Source: Macrostomum hystrix
Taxonomy: Eukaryota; Animalia; Platyhelminthes
Direction of reading: 5' to 3'
DNA length: 64,000 nt
Assembly: GCA_950097015.1 (NCBI GenBank)
Contig: CATNEN010000001.1
Location: 1,116,001-1,180,000, forward strand
In this document: positions 1 to 14,500 of the stretch, piece by piece
Layout: each line of letters opens with the position of its first letter
Numbering within the stretch: the first letter of the stretch is position 1
Notes under the pieces: generated by a model
Told to the model about the DNA's origin: nothing
The model's input: the letters and a program-made list of their open reading frames with translations, nothing else
The model's database searches: none
Program-made: the position numbers and the translations under genes

Positions 1-2619
1 CTACTAGGCTAGTGAGCTGCTTTAGATCATCGCGACCTGTCATTTCTTTGTTGTTTATCAGATATTCAGGTAGAATAACTCACTATAACCTGAAGAATAG
101 GGGTAATTTTATTTGAATACAATAACAAATAGTACTAATACTATTGTTCCTTAGCCAAAAAGTATATATTGAAACTACTGCTAAAACAAAAACATTAAGC
201 TGTTGAAAAATAGAGTATACCTATAAAATACAACATATGCCATGTAAGATATTGTGCAGTCAGTAAAATTTCAAGTAGCTAGCTAATAAAAAGCTATGTA
301 CTCACAACTCACAACTAATAAAATTCTTATTTAAAGTTACCAAAGGCTAAATGGTCTTTCCAAATTTGTCATGAAAACTTAGTTTTTTATTTATGGCTGT
401 AAGGTTTTTAAAGTGGGATAGATAAAGACATAGATATAGACAGAGATGGATAAAAACACAAATAGCAAACTATAGAATTAATATAGATAAAGTACTAAAA
501 TAGTCAATAGTACTACAATAGTAAAATAGCATATTTATGATCTATATCATTTCTGAAGTCCATTGTTTTAGCTACTATTAAAATGCAAAGTTATTACCAA
601 TTTTAAGCTTGGTTCACCAAACTTGGCAGTTAACTAAAAAAGCTAGCTCCAGTTCTTCAATATAGAATTAAAACTTATATATACATATGTGGATTTGAAC
701 ATTGCCACTAAGTCTAAGTTATTTTATGAACACTAATAATGATAATGTGCAACTAATAAAACATTAAAAAATGCTAAGTTTTTACTTTATGTTTGGACTT
801 TGTGTTTGTAATTGACTTCTATGAAGTAAGTAATAAACTATTGTCTAAAATAGCCTAATGACTAGCTATCTAAAATAAAAATACTCATTTTTATGTTTAA
901 AATAAAATGTAGGCCTATCATGTTTTTATTATAAACCAGCGATTAAAATAACCACTTTACAAATAGTGCTTATATAGATAGCTAATGACTGCACATGTTT
1001 GCTAATGACTGCTATTTAGAACTAGGCCCTACTTATATTTTTAACTAAGACAATGTCAATATGACAAAACTTTGAGCAAAAAACAAATTAGTCCAACTAG
1101 TATTCCACAGTATTGACTTACTTATCGCAGGCAGGATACTAGGCTAATATCCCGCCCGCCGCCGAAATAATATTTTTATTTTTATTTAAATTTTCCTAAC
1201 CCCCATAATTTTCCTGTCTTGTCTGACTCACTGACTAGATGACTCATATCATAGTCGAAATCAACGTCAAAGAAAAAGTGCATGAGAATGTAATTTTGAA
1301 AAGAAAGCGGAAACAAATAAACTAGAATAACAAACTCGTGCATTTTTATGTGTCGCTTCTCGATTAGGAAGAGAACTAAGCGTAAAAACTATATTTTATG
1401 TTTTAATAATGCTTTCATTTTGTCATTTTGGGTTTTGTTGTAACCCAAAGCAGAAGTCATCAATAGTCATTTGTGCACTGCAGTTCTATAAATATGGTAG
1501 CTATGATATTTGGGTTTCTGCAGGATGAGTTTTGGATTTTAAGGACCCGACTATTTATGAGCTTACTTACCGTGACCCAGATTATTTACTAAATTTGTAC
1601 GTGAGCGTGAAAACTGTTGTAGCAGAGCTTTTAATAAAGCTGAAGTGTATCTGCATTTACACATGCTAACTATGGATACCTTTGAATTAAACTTACCTTT
1701 ATTTAAACACATGAATTGGGGCCTCAGAGCAGAAAGCGTATTGGTATCTAATTGGCTCTAATGCTCTAGTAGGTTCCGGTCTGCAGACAGTTTTACACTG
1801 CCACTAAACACTATACAGAATACTAATTACCTTCTCGCCTTCTTATTATGAATTCACAGCTGGAGGCAGTTTTCAAGAAACAAAAGAATGTCTGTTATGC
1901 ACAAGAATATACTTTGACAATGTCGGTACACTCGAGTGTGTATGTATTTACTAGCCAATGAGATTTGTTCCCTGCACTTATACTGTATTGGCTATAGCTA
2001 AGCTAGCTCAATACTATAATGAAGTCATGAGCCATTATGATTGGCTCTGACTTCATCTCTCCCCAATACTGGATCTAGTGCAATATGACTGCATGCGGAT
2101 TATTTGAGGAAGAGACCGACTGAGGCACAAAAGTAGAAATAAGAGACTGAAAGAAGAAGACTTCACCAGATTGCTATAGCTAAATAAATTAATAAACTAA
2201 AAGTATTGCATTCTCTCAATGAAATTTTATTGCCTTGCAACTTTTGGAATTTGTCTTTCTCTGCCAAAACCAACGCGACGATCAGGAAACAGTGAGAGCG
2301 CTGAGGCTTGATCGACTGATCAGCTAATTACTCCTTTTTAAAGATAATGGTGTTACATCAGCCAGCAACCTGGCCTAATAGCTGTTCGTCTAATTACTTT
2401 CATCAGCTGCCCATAGCGACGAAATTCAACAATTTCATCGGCTGTCAACAACCTCGAGTGGGCTCTGTGAAGCTGCTGATTCTGCTTCTACTCACAATGA
2501 GCGGTAAAATTGTTATTTTATAGTTAGCTGTCTGCGGGTCACAGAGCTGCGGAATCTCAAGCTCAAGCTGCGAAATGAGCTCAGCATGAGAACTAGAAGC
2601 ATTTATTATCAATCCACCG

Positions 2620-4360
2620 AGCCATATGAGAACTAGAAGCATTTCTCAATCCGCAATGCCATATGAGAACTAGAAGCCTTTCTCAATCCAACAAGCCATG
2701 AGAACTAGAAGCATTTCTCAATCCAACAAGCCATGAGAACTAGAAGCATTTCTCAATCCAACAAGCCATGAGAACTAGAAGCATTTCTCAGTCCAACAAG
2801 CCATGAGAACTAGAAGCATTTCTCAATCCACCAAGCCATGAGAACTAGAAGCATTTCTCAATCCAACAAGCCATGAGAACTAGAAGCATTTCTCAACCCA
2901 ACAAGCCATGAGAACTAGAAGCATTTCTCAATCCAACAAGCCATGAGAACTTGAAGCATTTCTCAAACCAACAAGCCATGAGAACTAGAAGCGTTTCTCA
3001 ATCCACCAAGCCATGAGAACTAGAAGCATTTCTCAACCCAACAAGCCATGAGAACTAGAAGCGTTTCTCAATCCAACAAGCCATGAGAACTAGAAGCATT
3101 TCTCAAACCAACAAGCCATGAGAACTAGAAGCATTTCTCAATCCAACAAGCCATGAGAACTAGAAGCATTTCTCAATCCAACAAGCCATGAGAACTAGAA
3201 GCATTTCTCAATCCAACAAGCCATGAGAACTAGAAGCGTTTCTCAATCCAACAAGCCATGAGAACTAGAAGCATTTCTCAATCCACCAAGCCATGAGAAC
3301 TAGAAGCATTTCTCAGTCCAACAAGCTATGAGAACTAGAAGCATTTATCAATCCACCAAGCCATGAGAACTAGAAGCATTTCTCAATCCACCGAGCCATG
3401 AGAACTAGAAGCATTTCTCAATCCAACAAGCCATGAGAACTAGAAGCATTTCTCAATCCAACAAGCCATGAGAACTAGAAGCATTTCTCAGTCCAACAAG
3501 CCATGAGAACTAGAAGCATTTCTCAATCCACCAAGCCATGAGAACTAGAAGCATTTCTCAACCCACCAAGCCATGAGAACTAGAAGCATTTCTCAACCCA
3601 ACAAGCCATGAGAACTAGAAGCATTTCTCAATCCAACAAGCCATGAGAACTTGAAGCATTTCTCAAACCAACAAGCCATGAGAACTAGAAGCGTTTCTCA
3701 ATCCAACAAGCCATGAGAACTAGAAGCATTTCTCAACCCAACAAGCCATGAGAACTAGAAGCGTTTCTCAATCCAACAAGCCATGAGAACTAGAAGCATT
3801 TCTCAAACCAACAAGCCATGAGAACTAGAAGCATTTCTCAATCCAACAAGCCATGAGAACTAGAAGCATTTCTCAATCCAACAAGCCATGAGAACTAGAA
3901 GCATTTCTCAATCCAACAAGCCATGAGAACTAGAAGCGTTTCTCAATCCAACAAGCCATGAGAACTAGAAGCATTTCTCAATCCACCAAGCCATGAGAAC
4001 TAGAAGCATTTCTCAGTCCAACAAGCTATGAGAACTAGAAGCATTTATCAATCCACCAAGCCATGAGAACTAGAAGCATTTCTCAATCCACCGAGCCATG
4101 AGAACTAGAAGCATTTCTCAATCCAACAAGCCATGAGAACTAGAAGCATTTCTCAATCCAACAAGCCATGAGAACTAGAAGCATTTCTCAATCCAACAAG
4201 CCATGAGAACTAGAAGCATTTCTCAATCCAACAAGCCATGAGAACTAGAAGCATTTCTCAATCCAACAAGCCATGAGAACTAGAAGCATTTCTCAATCCA
4301 ACAAGCCATGAGAACTAGAAGCATTTCTCAACCCAACAAGCCATGAGAACTAGAAGCATT
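2620..4360. repeat. 35-bp minisatellite with a 700-bp (20-unit) higher-order duplication
   Basis: Unit AGAACTAGAAGCATTTCTCAATCCAACAAGCCATG; rare variants recur exactly 700 bp apart (2951/3651, 3341/4041, 3391/4091). Confidence 0.95.
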
Positions 4361-4974
4361 TGTTAGTCAAGTAATCGTGTGCAAACGAGTTTGTCCAAAG
4401 CTTTTTAAAATAAAATCTGAACAGAAACGAAACTAAAAACTGCACTTTTGGCCGCAGACACAGCATGGGGACCAACAGAAAGGCATTAAGCCCAAGCTTT
4501 AGGGGGTTTTACTGTTATCCAGCTGACAAAACCAGAGAGAGTGAAAGCGGAGGCGAAGAACTAGAATAAAAAATGGCTTTCGCAATTTAACGCAGGTGTC
4601 GCCACGCACATACAAAATCTAGAAGTCGGAATAGAATGTTAAGGAATATTTCATGGTCACTGGCAAAGGCCAGGTTCATTCTGCAACTAACTATTCTGCA
4701 GCCAATGCGACGAGAAATACACGCATAAGAAATATAGGTTTTTCCTTCGCCAAGTAAAGGAAACCTAGCAACTGTTTGACAAGCAGAGAATGATACAAAA
4801 CTGATTTGCAACCACAGGGGGGGGTAATTATCTTTTTGTAGTTGCTGTTTTCACTCCGATATGCACATTTTTACGACCCATGTGCTGACTCAATCCTTCG
4901 GTTATCACTGCCGTTTATGATCGTCGAAATCAGACTCTAGGATTCAAAAGTGCTCGGTCTTTTGAACCGTCAAA

Positions 4975-5370
4975 ATCCCACTTTCTCTAAGATGCTTAAA
5001 ATCCACGTTTCATAGAAAATACTAGAAATCTCACTTTCTCTAAGGTGCTTAAAATCCACGTTTCATAGAAAATACTAGAAATCCCACTTTCTCTAAGATG
5101 CTTAAAATCCACGTTTCATAGAAAATACTAGAAATCCCACTTTCTCTAAGATGCTTAAAATCCACGTTTCATAGAAAATACTAGAAATCCCACTTTCTCT
5201 AAGATGCTTAAAATCCACGTTTCATAGAGAATACTAGAAATCCCACTTTCTCTAAGGTGTTTAAAATCCACGTTTCATAGAAAATAATAGAAATCCCACT
5301 TTCTCTAAGGTGTTTAAAATCCACGATTCGTAGTAATCCTAAAAACCCCACTTTCTCTAAGATGCTTAAA
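4975..5370. repeat. 53-bp minisatellite
   Basis: Unit AAATCCCACTTTCTCTAAGATGCTTAAAATCCACGTTTCATAGAAAATACTAG, about 7 copies, upstream of the nAChR exon at 5517. Confidence 0.9.
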
Positions 5371-5516
5371 ATCCCAATTTATAAAAAATCCCAAACATCC
5401 TAAACCTCAAATACCCTATATTTCTCTAAATTTCTTGAAAATTTATTTTTTACTTTTGACCCCAAAATAGAATTTTGATGAAATCCAAAGCAATCCTAAA
5501 TCGCATCCTATTCCAG

Positions 5517-8500
5517 GCCACACTCTGGCAGTACCGGCAGCTCACCGGCTGTACAACAGATTCTTCGGCAACTCTTCCCTGGCCGAGATGAGAACGATTC
5601 GACCAACCGACGGCAATCAAACTCAATTACTCACCGTCTATCTGGGCCTGCAACTGTCACAACTAATCGATGTGGTGAGTTAGCTGCTAGTACAACTAAG
5701 TACTCGTACTTCAATTGCAGGATGTAGTCGGGTCAAGTCACGTGACTAGGGTTCAAGGTCATTGAAGAGGGGTTGCCCCAAGAGGCTTTTCTAAAAATAA
5801 CAACAAGTTTTCAATGAAGCTAAAGATTTTCGGCAGTTGTCAGTAAAATTCTCTGTTCACGGTGGGAAAAGTAAAAATCAAAATACGAAAAATCAAGTAC
5901 AGCCGGATTGGCATTTGAAAGATGAGGAGAGATAAAACAGGAGAGAGATGAGACAGGGGAGAGATGAGACAGGGAAAATATGAGACAGGGAAGAGATGAG
6001 ACAGGCAAAAGATGAGGCAGGGGAGAGATGAGACAGGGGAGAGATGAGACAGGGGAGAGATGAGACAGAGGAGAGATGAGACATGGGAGAGATGAGACAG
6101 GGAAAATATGAGACAGGGAAGAGATGAGACAGGCAAAAGATGAGGCAGGGGAGAGATGAGACAGGGGAGAGATGAGACAGGGGAGAGATGAGACAGAGGA
6201 GAGATGAGACATGGGAGAGATGAGACAGGGAAAATATGAGACAGGGAAGAGATGAGACAGGCAAAAGATGAGGCAGGGGAGAGATGAGACAGGGGAGAGA
6301 TGAGACAGGGGAGAGATGAGACAGAGGAGAGATGAGACATGGGAGAGATGAGACAGGGAAAATATGAGACAGGGAAGAGATGAGACAGGGGAGAGATAAA
6401 ACAGGAGAGAGATGAGACAGGGGAGAGATGAGACAGGGAAAAGATGAGACAGGGAAAAGATGAGGCAGGGGAGAGCTGAGACATGGGAGAGATGAAGCAG
6501 GGGAGAGATGAGACAGGGAAGAGATGAGACAGGGAAAATATGAGACAGGGAAAAGATGAGACAGGGAAAAGATGAGACAGGGAAAAGATGAGACAGGGAA
6601 AATATGAGACAGGGAAAAGATGAGACAGGGAAAAGATGAGACAGGGGAGAGATGAGACATGGGAGAGATGAGACAGGGAAATATGAGACAGGGAAGAGAT
6701 GAGACAGGGGAGAGATGAGACAGGGAAAAGATGAGACAGGGAAGAGATGAGACAGGGGAGAGATGAGACAGGGGAGAGATGAGACAGAGGAGAGATGAGA
6801 CAGAGGAGAGATGAGACATGGGAGAGATGAGACAGGGAAATATGAGACAGGGAAGAGATGAGACAGGGGAGAGATAAAACAGGAGAGAGATGAGGCAGGG
6901 GAGAGATGAGACAGGGAAAAGATGAGACAGGGAAAAGATGAGGCAGGGGAGAGCTGAGACATGGGAGAGATGAGACATGGGAGAGATGAGACAGGGAAGA
7001 GATGAGGCAGGGGAGAGATGAGACAGAGGAGAGATGAGACATGGGAGAGATGAGACAGGGAAATATGAGACAGGGAAGAGATGAGACAGGGGAGAGATGA
7101 GACAGGGAAAAGATGAGACAGGGGAGAGATGAGACAGAGGAGAGATGAGACTTGGGAGAGATGAGACAGGGAAGTATGAGACAGGGGAGAGATGAGACAG
7201 GGAAAATATGAGACAGGGAAAAGATGAGACAGGGAAAATATGAGACAGGGAAAAGATGAGGCAGGGGAGAGCTGAGACATGGGAGAGATGAGACAGGGGA
7301 GAGATGAGACAGGGAAAAGATGAGACAGGGGAGAGATGAGACAGGGGAGAGATGAGACATGGGAGAGATGAGACAGGGGAGAGATGAGACAGGGAAAAGA
7401 TGAGACAGGGGAGAGATGAGACAGAGGAGAGATGAGACATGGGAGAGATGAGACAGGGGAGAGATGAGACATGGGAGAGATGAGACAGGGAAATATGAGA
7501 CAGGGAAGAGATGAGACAGGGGAGAGATGAGACAGGGAAAAGATGAGACAGGGAAGAGATGAGACAGGGGAGAGATGAGACAGGGAAAAGATGAGACAGG
7601 GGAGTGATGAGTCTAGGATCGGGAGCAGAAAACAAATAATAAAATGGTAATCATTTTTCGCCAATTCACAGGACGAAAAAAATCAAATAATGACAACAAA
7701 CGTCTGGTTGAGACATGTAAGTTAAAGTTATCAAACATATATTGTGGCAAAATTAAACATTTAAAAGGCGCATATTTATAGTTACTAAATTCACTAGAAG
7801 AAGAACAGCCTGGAGTCTTCTAGTTTGGGATTTAGGGTATGGGCAGAAAAACACAAGCAAGAGTATTTTGTGCTTAGGCTTTGAGAGATGGCAAAAATCG
7901 ATGAAAGTCTGCGGTTTTCTGGTGCGGACTCAGGGGTCGCTGCAGACAGGATGAAATGAAAGACACAGAGAAAGAAGAGAAAAATTATAGTGAAGAGATC
8001 CGAGTGTGGGTACCTGGGCGGAGATCTTGGTGCAGTTGGAAGACAATGGGTCCACATAGTGGGTTAAAATTATACGCTGCGGGATGAAGTTTCTTAAAGG
8101 AAGTCTAGGTCAACGCTTCCCCTACTTGGCTTGTATTTCTTAGTGTCAATGCTAAAACTCAGCGAAGTTCATTCTCAAAGAACTCATAACACAATGGGGG
8201 GGGTTATTTTTCTGGAAAGGAAGCTTTGAGTATTAACTATATATCGGACCAGCTGTGAAGGTTGTGGCGGTTTCCTGGAAACATCCAGCTTACTGATACG
8301 TTTTGCGAAAGTACCCGGTCAGCGGATAATAATAAGAATTGCAGGAATTGTCACATGATTTGGTGACACTAGACCCGCAGCCAGCGATGAGGCAATTCTG
8401 CCCATTCCGCTGACTCCTGAGCACACACGCACACAGATACTGTCCACAGGCATACGCTCACACAGGGTGTGTACATCTGCCCTGACTTTCTCAGCCCAGT

Positions 8501-11500
8501 CAGCGGATAGGGAAGTTATAACCTTCTGATAACCAGGGAATCACAATTGAAAACGCAGGAAGATAAAAAATGAGAATAATTGTAAAAATCGTTTTTATTT
8601 CAAATATTTCAAATCCGGGTGACACCCGGAAAAGACACCCAGACAGAAAGAACCCAGAACAGACACCCAGAACAGACACCCAGAACAGACACCCAGACAG
8701 AAAGAACCCAGAACAGACACCCAGAACAGACACCCAGAACAGACACCCAGAACAGACACCCAGAACAGACACCCAGAACAGACACCCAGAACAGACAGAC
8801 ACCCAGAACAGACACCCAGAACAGACACCCAGAACAGACATCTAGAACATACATCTAGAACAGACACCCAGACACCCAGAGCAGACACTCAGAACAGACA
8901 CCCAGACACCCAGAGCAGACACCCAGACAGAAAGAACCCAGAACAGACACCCAGAACAGACACCCAGAACAGACACCCAGAACTGACAGACACCCAGAAC
9001 AGACACCCAGAACAGACACCCAGAACAGACACCCAGAACAGACACCCAGAACAGACAGACACCCAGAACAGACACCCAGAACAGACACCCAGAACAGACA
9101 TCTAGAACATACATCTAGAACAGACACCCAGACACCCAGAGCAGACACTCAGAACAGACACCCAGACACCCAGAGCAGACACCCAGACAGAAAGAACCCA
9201 GAACAGACACCCAGAACAGACACCCAGAACAGACACCCAGAACAGACACCCAGAACAGACACCCAGAACAGACACCCAGAACAGACAGACACCCAGAACA
9301 GACACCCAGAACAGACACCCAGAACAGACATCTAGAACATACATCTAGAACAGACACCCAGACACCCAGAGCAGACACTCAGAACAGACACCCAGACACC
9401 CAGAGCAGACACCCAGACAGAAAGAACCCAGAACAGACACCCAGAACAGACACCCAGAACAGACACCCAGAACTGACAGACACCCAGAACAGACACCCAG
9501 AACAGACACCCAGAACAGACACCCAGAACTGACAGACACCCAGAACAGACAACCAGAACTGACAGACACCCAGAACAGACACCCAGAACAGACACCCAGA
9601 ACTGACAGACACCCAGAACAGACACCCAGAACTGACAGACACCCAGAACAGACACCCAGAACAGACACACATTAATAAACACCAGAGATTGCCAGATAGA
9701 TTAGCAGATTAATCTAAGGCAGTAAGAGAGTACAGTGATGGTAGCTTGGAGAGAGCAGGAGACTGAGCTAGCACTGAGAAGACAGCTAGATATCAATGAT
9801 TGATTCCAGGCTTTCCTGACAATGATGGAACTGGGCCTCAGTTAAAATCTTTATCACTTTCAGACAAACTTATTCTCACGAAAAAGCACGCACCAAGACT
9901 AGGGCTCAGGTTAAATTGGTATCTTGTGGAATTCATTAAAATTTTAGCAGCAGCAGCAGCAGCAGCAGCAGCATTAGGCTGAGGCTTAGAGACCAAGTGA
10001 GAGAGAAATTTAAAAGAATTTCATTTGTATCAGTCAGCAAAGTCGAATACAAATCTAAACTGCACATTCCCTAAACTGCACATTCCCTAAACTGCACATT
10101 CCCTAAACTGCACATTCCCTAAACTGCACATTCCCTAAACTGCACATTCCCTAAACTGCACATTCCCTGAACTGCACATTCCCTAAACTGCACATTCCCT
10201 AAACTGCACATTCCCTAAACTGCACATTCCCTAAACTGCACATTCCCTAAACTGCACATTCCCTAAACTGCACATTCCATGAACTGCACATTCCCTGAAC
10301 TGCACATTCCCTAAACTGCACATTCCCTAAACTGCACATTCCATGAACTGCACATTCCCTGAACTGCACATTCCCTAAACTGCACATTCCCTAAACTGCA
10401 CATTCCATGAACTGCACATTCCCTGAACTGCACATTCCCTAAACTGCACATTCCCTAAACTGCACATTCCATGAACTGCACATTCCATGAACTGCACATT
10501 CCCTAAACTGCACATCCCCTAAACTGCACATTCCCTAAACTGCACATTCCATGAACTGCACATTCCCTAAACTGCACATCCCCTAAACTGCACATTCCCT
10601 AAACTGCACATTCCCTAAACTGCAAATGCCCTAAACTGCACATTCCCTAAACTGCACATTCCCTGAACTGCACATTCCCTAAACTGCACATTCCCTGAAC
10701 TGCACATTCCCTGAACTGCACATTACCTGAGCTGCACATTCCCTGAACTGCACATTCCCTGAACTGCACATTACATGAGCTGCACATTCCCTAAACTGCA
10801 CATTCCCTGAACTGCACATTCCCTGAACTGCACATTACCTAATCTGCACATTCCCTAAACAACACTGTAGAATGTTCACGCGAAACATCTCCATTGCCAT
10901 GATAGTCACTACGCGTAACATATTTTGTTTTAATAAATAGCAATAATTCAGTTGCTACGAAAACTACGTTTTTATCCAGATGTGGTTCGACGGCGCCTTA
11001 CGCTGGGATCCGGCAGAGAATGACGGAGTTGACCGGCTGTACATTCCGCCTGATCAGATCTGGCTGCCAGACTTGGTGCTTTACAACAAGTGAGACCAAC
11101 TGACAAACTTGTGCTTGCACATCCTCAGGTGTCAGAATCCTTTATTAGTAACGAAATTAGATATTTCTAATCCTCACTCATTTCTACAACAAGCTATTTG
11201 GGTGTAGATATTCAAAAGTACAAACGCTGATTTTTTCGCCAAAACTTTCACCTGGCTGGTTAGCAAACTTTGATCCCCTTCAGATTGACCGTTGTGATGG
11301 GGGATTTTTAAAACCGAAACTACCTAGCAGAGTCAGCTGTGATTCAATGAAATGGAATGAAAAGTCTTAATCCACCTGTTCAATCACAATTGCCTACGAC
11401 TTTTTACTTAGCTAAACAAAACTGCGTTTGATTTGTCAAAAACGAGACGGCAAATATTAATCTGGTGTACTTAACTTGTGCGTTTAATTTGCTTAAACCC

Positions 11501-14500
11501 TTTAGGTAAAACAAAAGTAAGTAAGGTTAGATTCGAATCCTTCAGGTTAGATTAGAATCATTCAGGTCAGATTAGAATCCTTCAGGTTAGATTCCAATCC
11601 TTCAGGTTAGATTAGAATCCTTCAGGTCAGATTAGAATCCTTCAGGTTAGATTCCAATCCTTCAGGTTAGATTAGAATCCTTCAGGTCAGATTAGAATCC
11701 TTCAGGTTAGATTCCAATCCTTCAGGTTAGATTAGAATCCTTCAGGTCAGATTAGAATCCTTCAGGTTAGATTCCAATCCTTCAGGTTAGATTAGAATCC
11801 TTCAGGTTAGATTAGAATCCGTCAGGTTAGATTAGAATCCTTCAGGTTAGATTAGAATCCTTCAGGTTAGATTAGAATCCTTCAGGTTAGATTAGAATCC
11901 TTCAGGTTAGATTCAAATCCTTCAGGTTAGATTAGAATCCTTCAGGTTAGATTAGAATCCGTCAGGTTAGATTAGAATCCTTCAGGCTAGATTAGAATCC
12001 TTCAGGTTAGATTCCAATCCTTCAGGTTAGATTCGAATCCTTCAGGTCAGATTAGAACCCTTCAGGTTATATTAGAATCCTTCAGGTCAGATTAGAACCC
12101 TTCAGGTGAGATTCGAATCCTTCAGGTTAGATTAGAATCCTTCAGGTTAGATTACAATATTTATTGGTTAGACAAGAATCCTTCAGGTTTGACTAGAATC
12201 CCTCAGTTTAGACTCAAATCCTTTATGATAGACAAGAATCCTGAGGGATAGACTAGAATCCTGAGGGATAGACTAGAATCCTGAGGGATAGACTAGAATC
12301 CTGAGGGATAGACTAGAATCCTGAGGGATAGACTAGAATCCTGAGGGATAGACTAGAATCCTGACGGATAGACTAGAATCCTGAGGGATAGACTAGAATC
12401 CTGAGGGATAGACTACAATCCTGAGGGATAGACTAGAATCCTGAGGGATAGACTAGAATCCTGAGGGATAGACTACAATCCTGAGGGATAGACTAGAATC
12501 CTGAGGGATAGACTACAATCCTGAGGGATAGAATAGAATCCTGAGGGATAGACTAGAATCCTGAGGGATAGACTAGAATCCTGAGGGATAGACTACAATC
12601 CTGAGGGATAGAATAGAATCCTGAGGGATAGACTAGAATCTTGAGGGATTGACTAGAATCCTGAGGGATAGTCTAGAATCCTGAGGGATAGACTAGAATC
12701 CTGAGGGATAGACTAGAATCCTGAGGAATTGACTAGAATCCTGAGGGATAGTCTAGAATCCTGAGGGATAGTCTAGAATCCTGAGGGATAGACTAGAATC
12801 CTGAGGGATAGTCTAGAATCCTGAGGGATAGTCTAGAATCCTGAGGGATAGTCTAGAATCCTGAGGGATAGACTAGAATCCTGAGGGATAGACTAGAATC
12901 CTGAGGGATAGACTAAAATTCTGAGGGATAGACTAGAATCCTGAGGGATAGACTAGAATCCTGAGGGATAGACTAAAATTCTGAGGGATAGACTAGAATC
13001 CTGAGGGATAGACTAGAATCCTGAGGGATAGACTAGAATCCTGAGGGATAGACTAGAATCCTGAGGGATAGACTAGAATCCTGAGGGATAGACTAGAATC
13101 CTGAGGGATAGACTACAATCCTGAGGGATAGAATAGAATCCTGAGGGATAGACTAGAATCCTGAGGGATAGACTAGAATCCTGAGGGATAGACTAGAATC
13201 CTGAGACTAGAATCCTGAGGGATAGACTACAATCCTGAGGGATAGACTAGAATCCTGAGGGATAGACTAGAATCCTGAGGGATAGACTAGAATCCTGAGG
13301 GATAGACTAGAATCCTGAGGGATAGACTACAATCCTGAGGGATAGAATAGAATCCTGAGGGATAGACTAGAATCCTGAGGGATAGACTAGAATCCTGAGG
13401 GATAGACTACAATCCTGAGGGATAGAATAGAATCCTGAGGGATAGACTAGAATCTTGAGGGATTGACTAGAATCCTGAGGGATAGTCTAGAATCCTGAGG
13501 GATAGACTAGAATCCTGAGGGATAGACTAGAATCCTGAGGGATTGACTAGAATCCTGAGGGATAGTCTAGAATCCTGAGGGATAGTCTAGAATCCTGAGG
13601 GATAGACTAGAATCCTGAGGGATAGACTAGAATCCTGAGGGATAGTCTAGAATCCTTCAGGTTAGACTAAAACGTCTAGAAAAGGCTTAGAAAATTGTCT
13701 TGGATAAACCATAATTCTGAAGTACTCAGCAACTGTATCGCTGCATTATTTTACAAGCCCTGCTGAATTGAACCTTGCAATATGAGCAAACACTAAGCTA
13801 CCTTAGATCGTGTTCAGAATGTGAGTGTGGCAAAAATATTCCTTGGAGAAGCAGGGTTATGCAAGCCAAAAGTCAATGCAAAACTCTGTTACTTCCTCAT
13901 GTTGAGGAATTATTTGGCCAAGCAACACAACTTGGACCCTGAGTCGGCAAGAGATTTGAGCGCGTGGATGATGGAGAGAATGGCATCGGGGGCTGTTTCC
14001 TACTCTCTCCCTCTGCCTTTTATATATTCTGGCGTGCAGCAGGTAGAAAGTCTAACAACACCCTCCAAGTAGAGCGTTAAATTATTCAGTCCTTAACGTT
14101 CGTTTCTTTTGACGCAAGCTAGAGACTTGCCTTGGTTAGCATTTGAACTGCCAATAATAAAACTTGAGGCCTTTGAGGTTCAACTAAGGATTGACACTGC
14201 TCCCCTGAGGCAAGGCTTGACTTTTTTTACCGCTATGTTAATGCCTAACTAATTAACCGTGTGCTTTGTTATAAACACTCGTTTTTTCAAAATGGCTAAA
14301 AATTAAGCTTTTTTTCAGTTTGAACCTAAAATGACGTATAAATGTGACAGGCAAATATAGCCTTAAAACGACTTTAAACGTCTTTTTTTATAATGCGTGT
14401 TAAAAAACTTATAATACCGTTTGTAGGAAAAAAGTATAATAGCGAAGTTATAAGTTTCTATCAAAAAGCATTAGAAAGAAAAGTAAGGATATTTTAAAGA

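Noticed and set aside
2219-2291. Possible nAChR signal-peptide exon MKFYCLATFGICLSL.. with a phase-1 donor
   Set aside because: The donor is weak and the hydrophobic core poor; it cannot be supported without transcripts.
2620-4360. 35-bp partly palindromic repeats resembling a CRISPR array
   Set aside because: Units are head-to-tail with no unique spacers, there are no cas genes, and the context is eukaryotic.
5820-7664. Three overlapping 500-614 aa Ser/Leu/Pro/Cys-rich ORFs
   Set aside because: They are translations of a stop-free 16-bp minisatellite inside an nAChR intron, open in all three frames.
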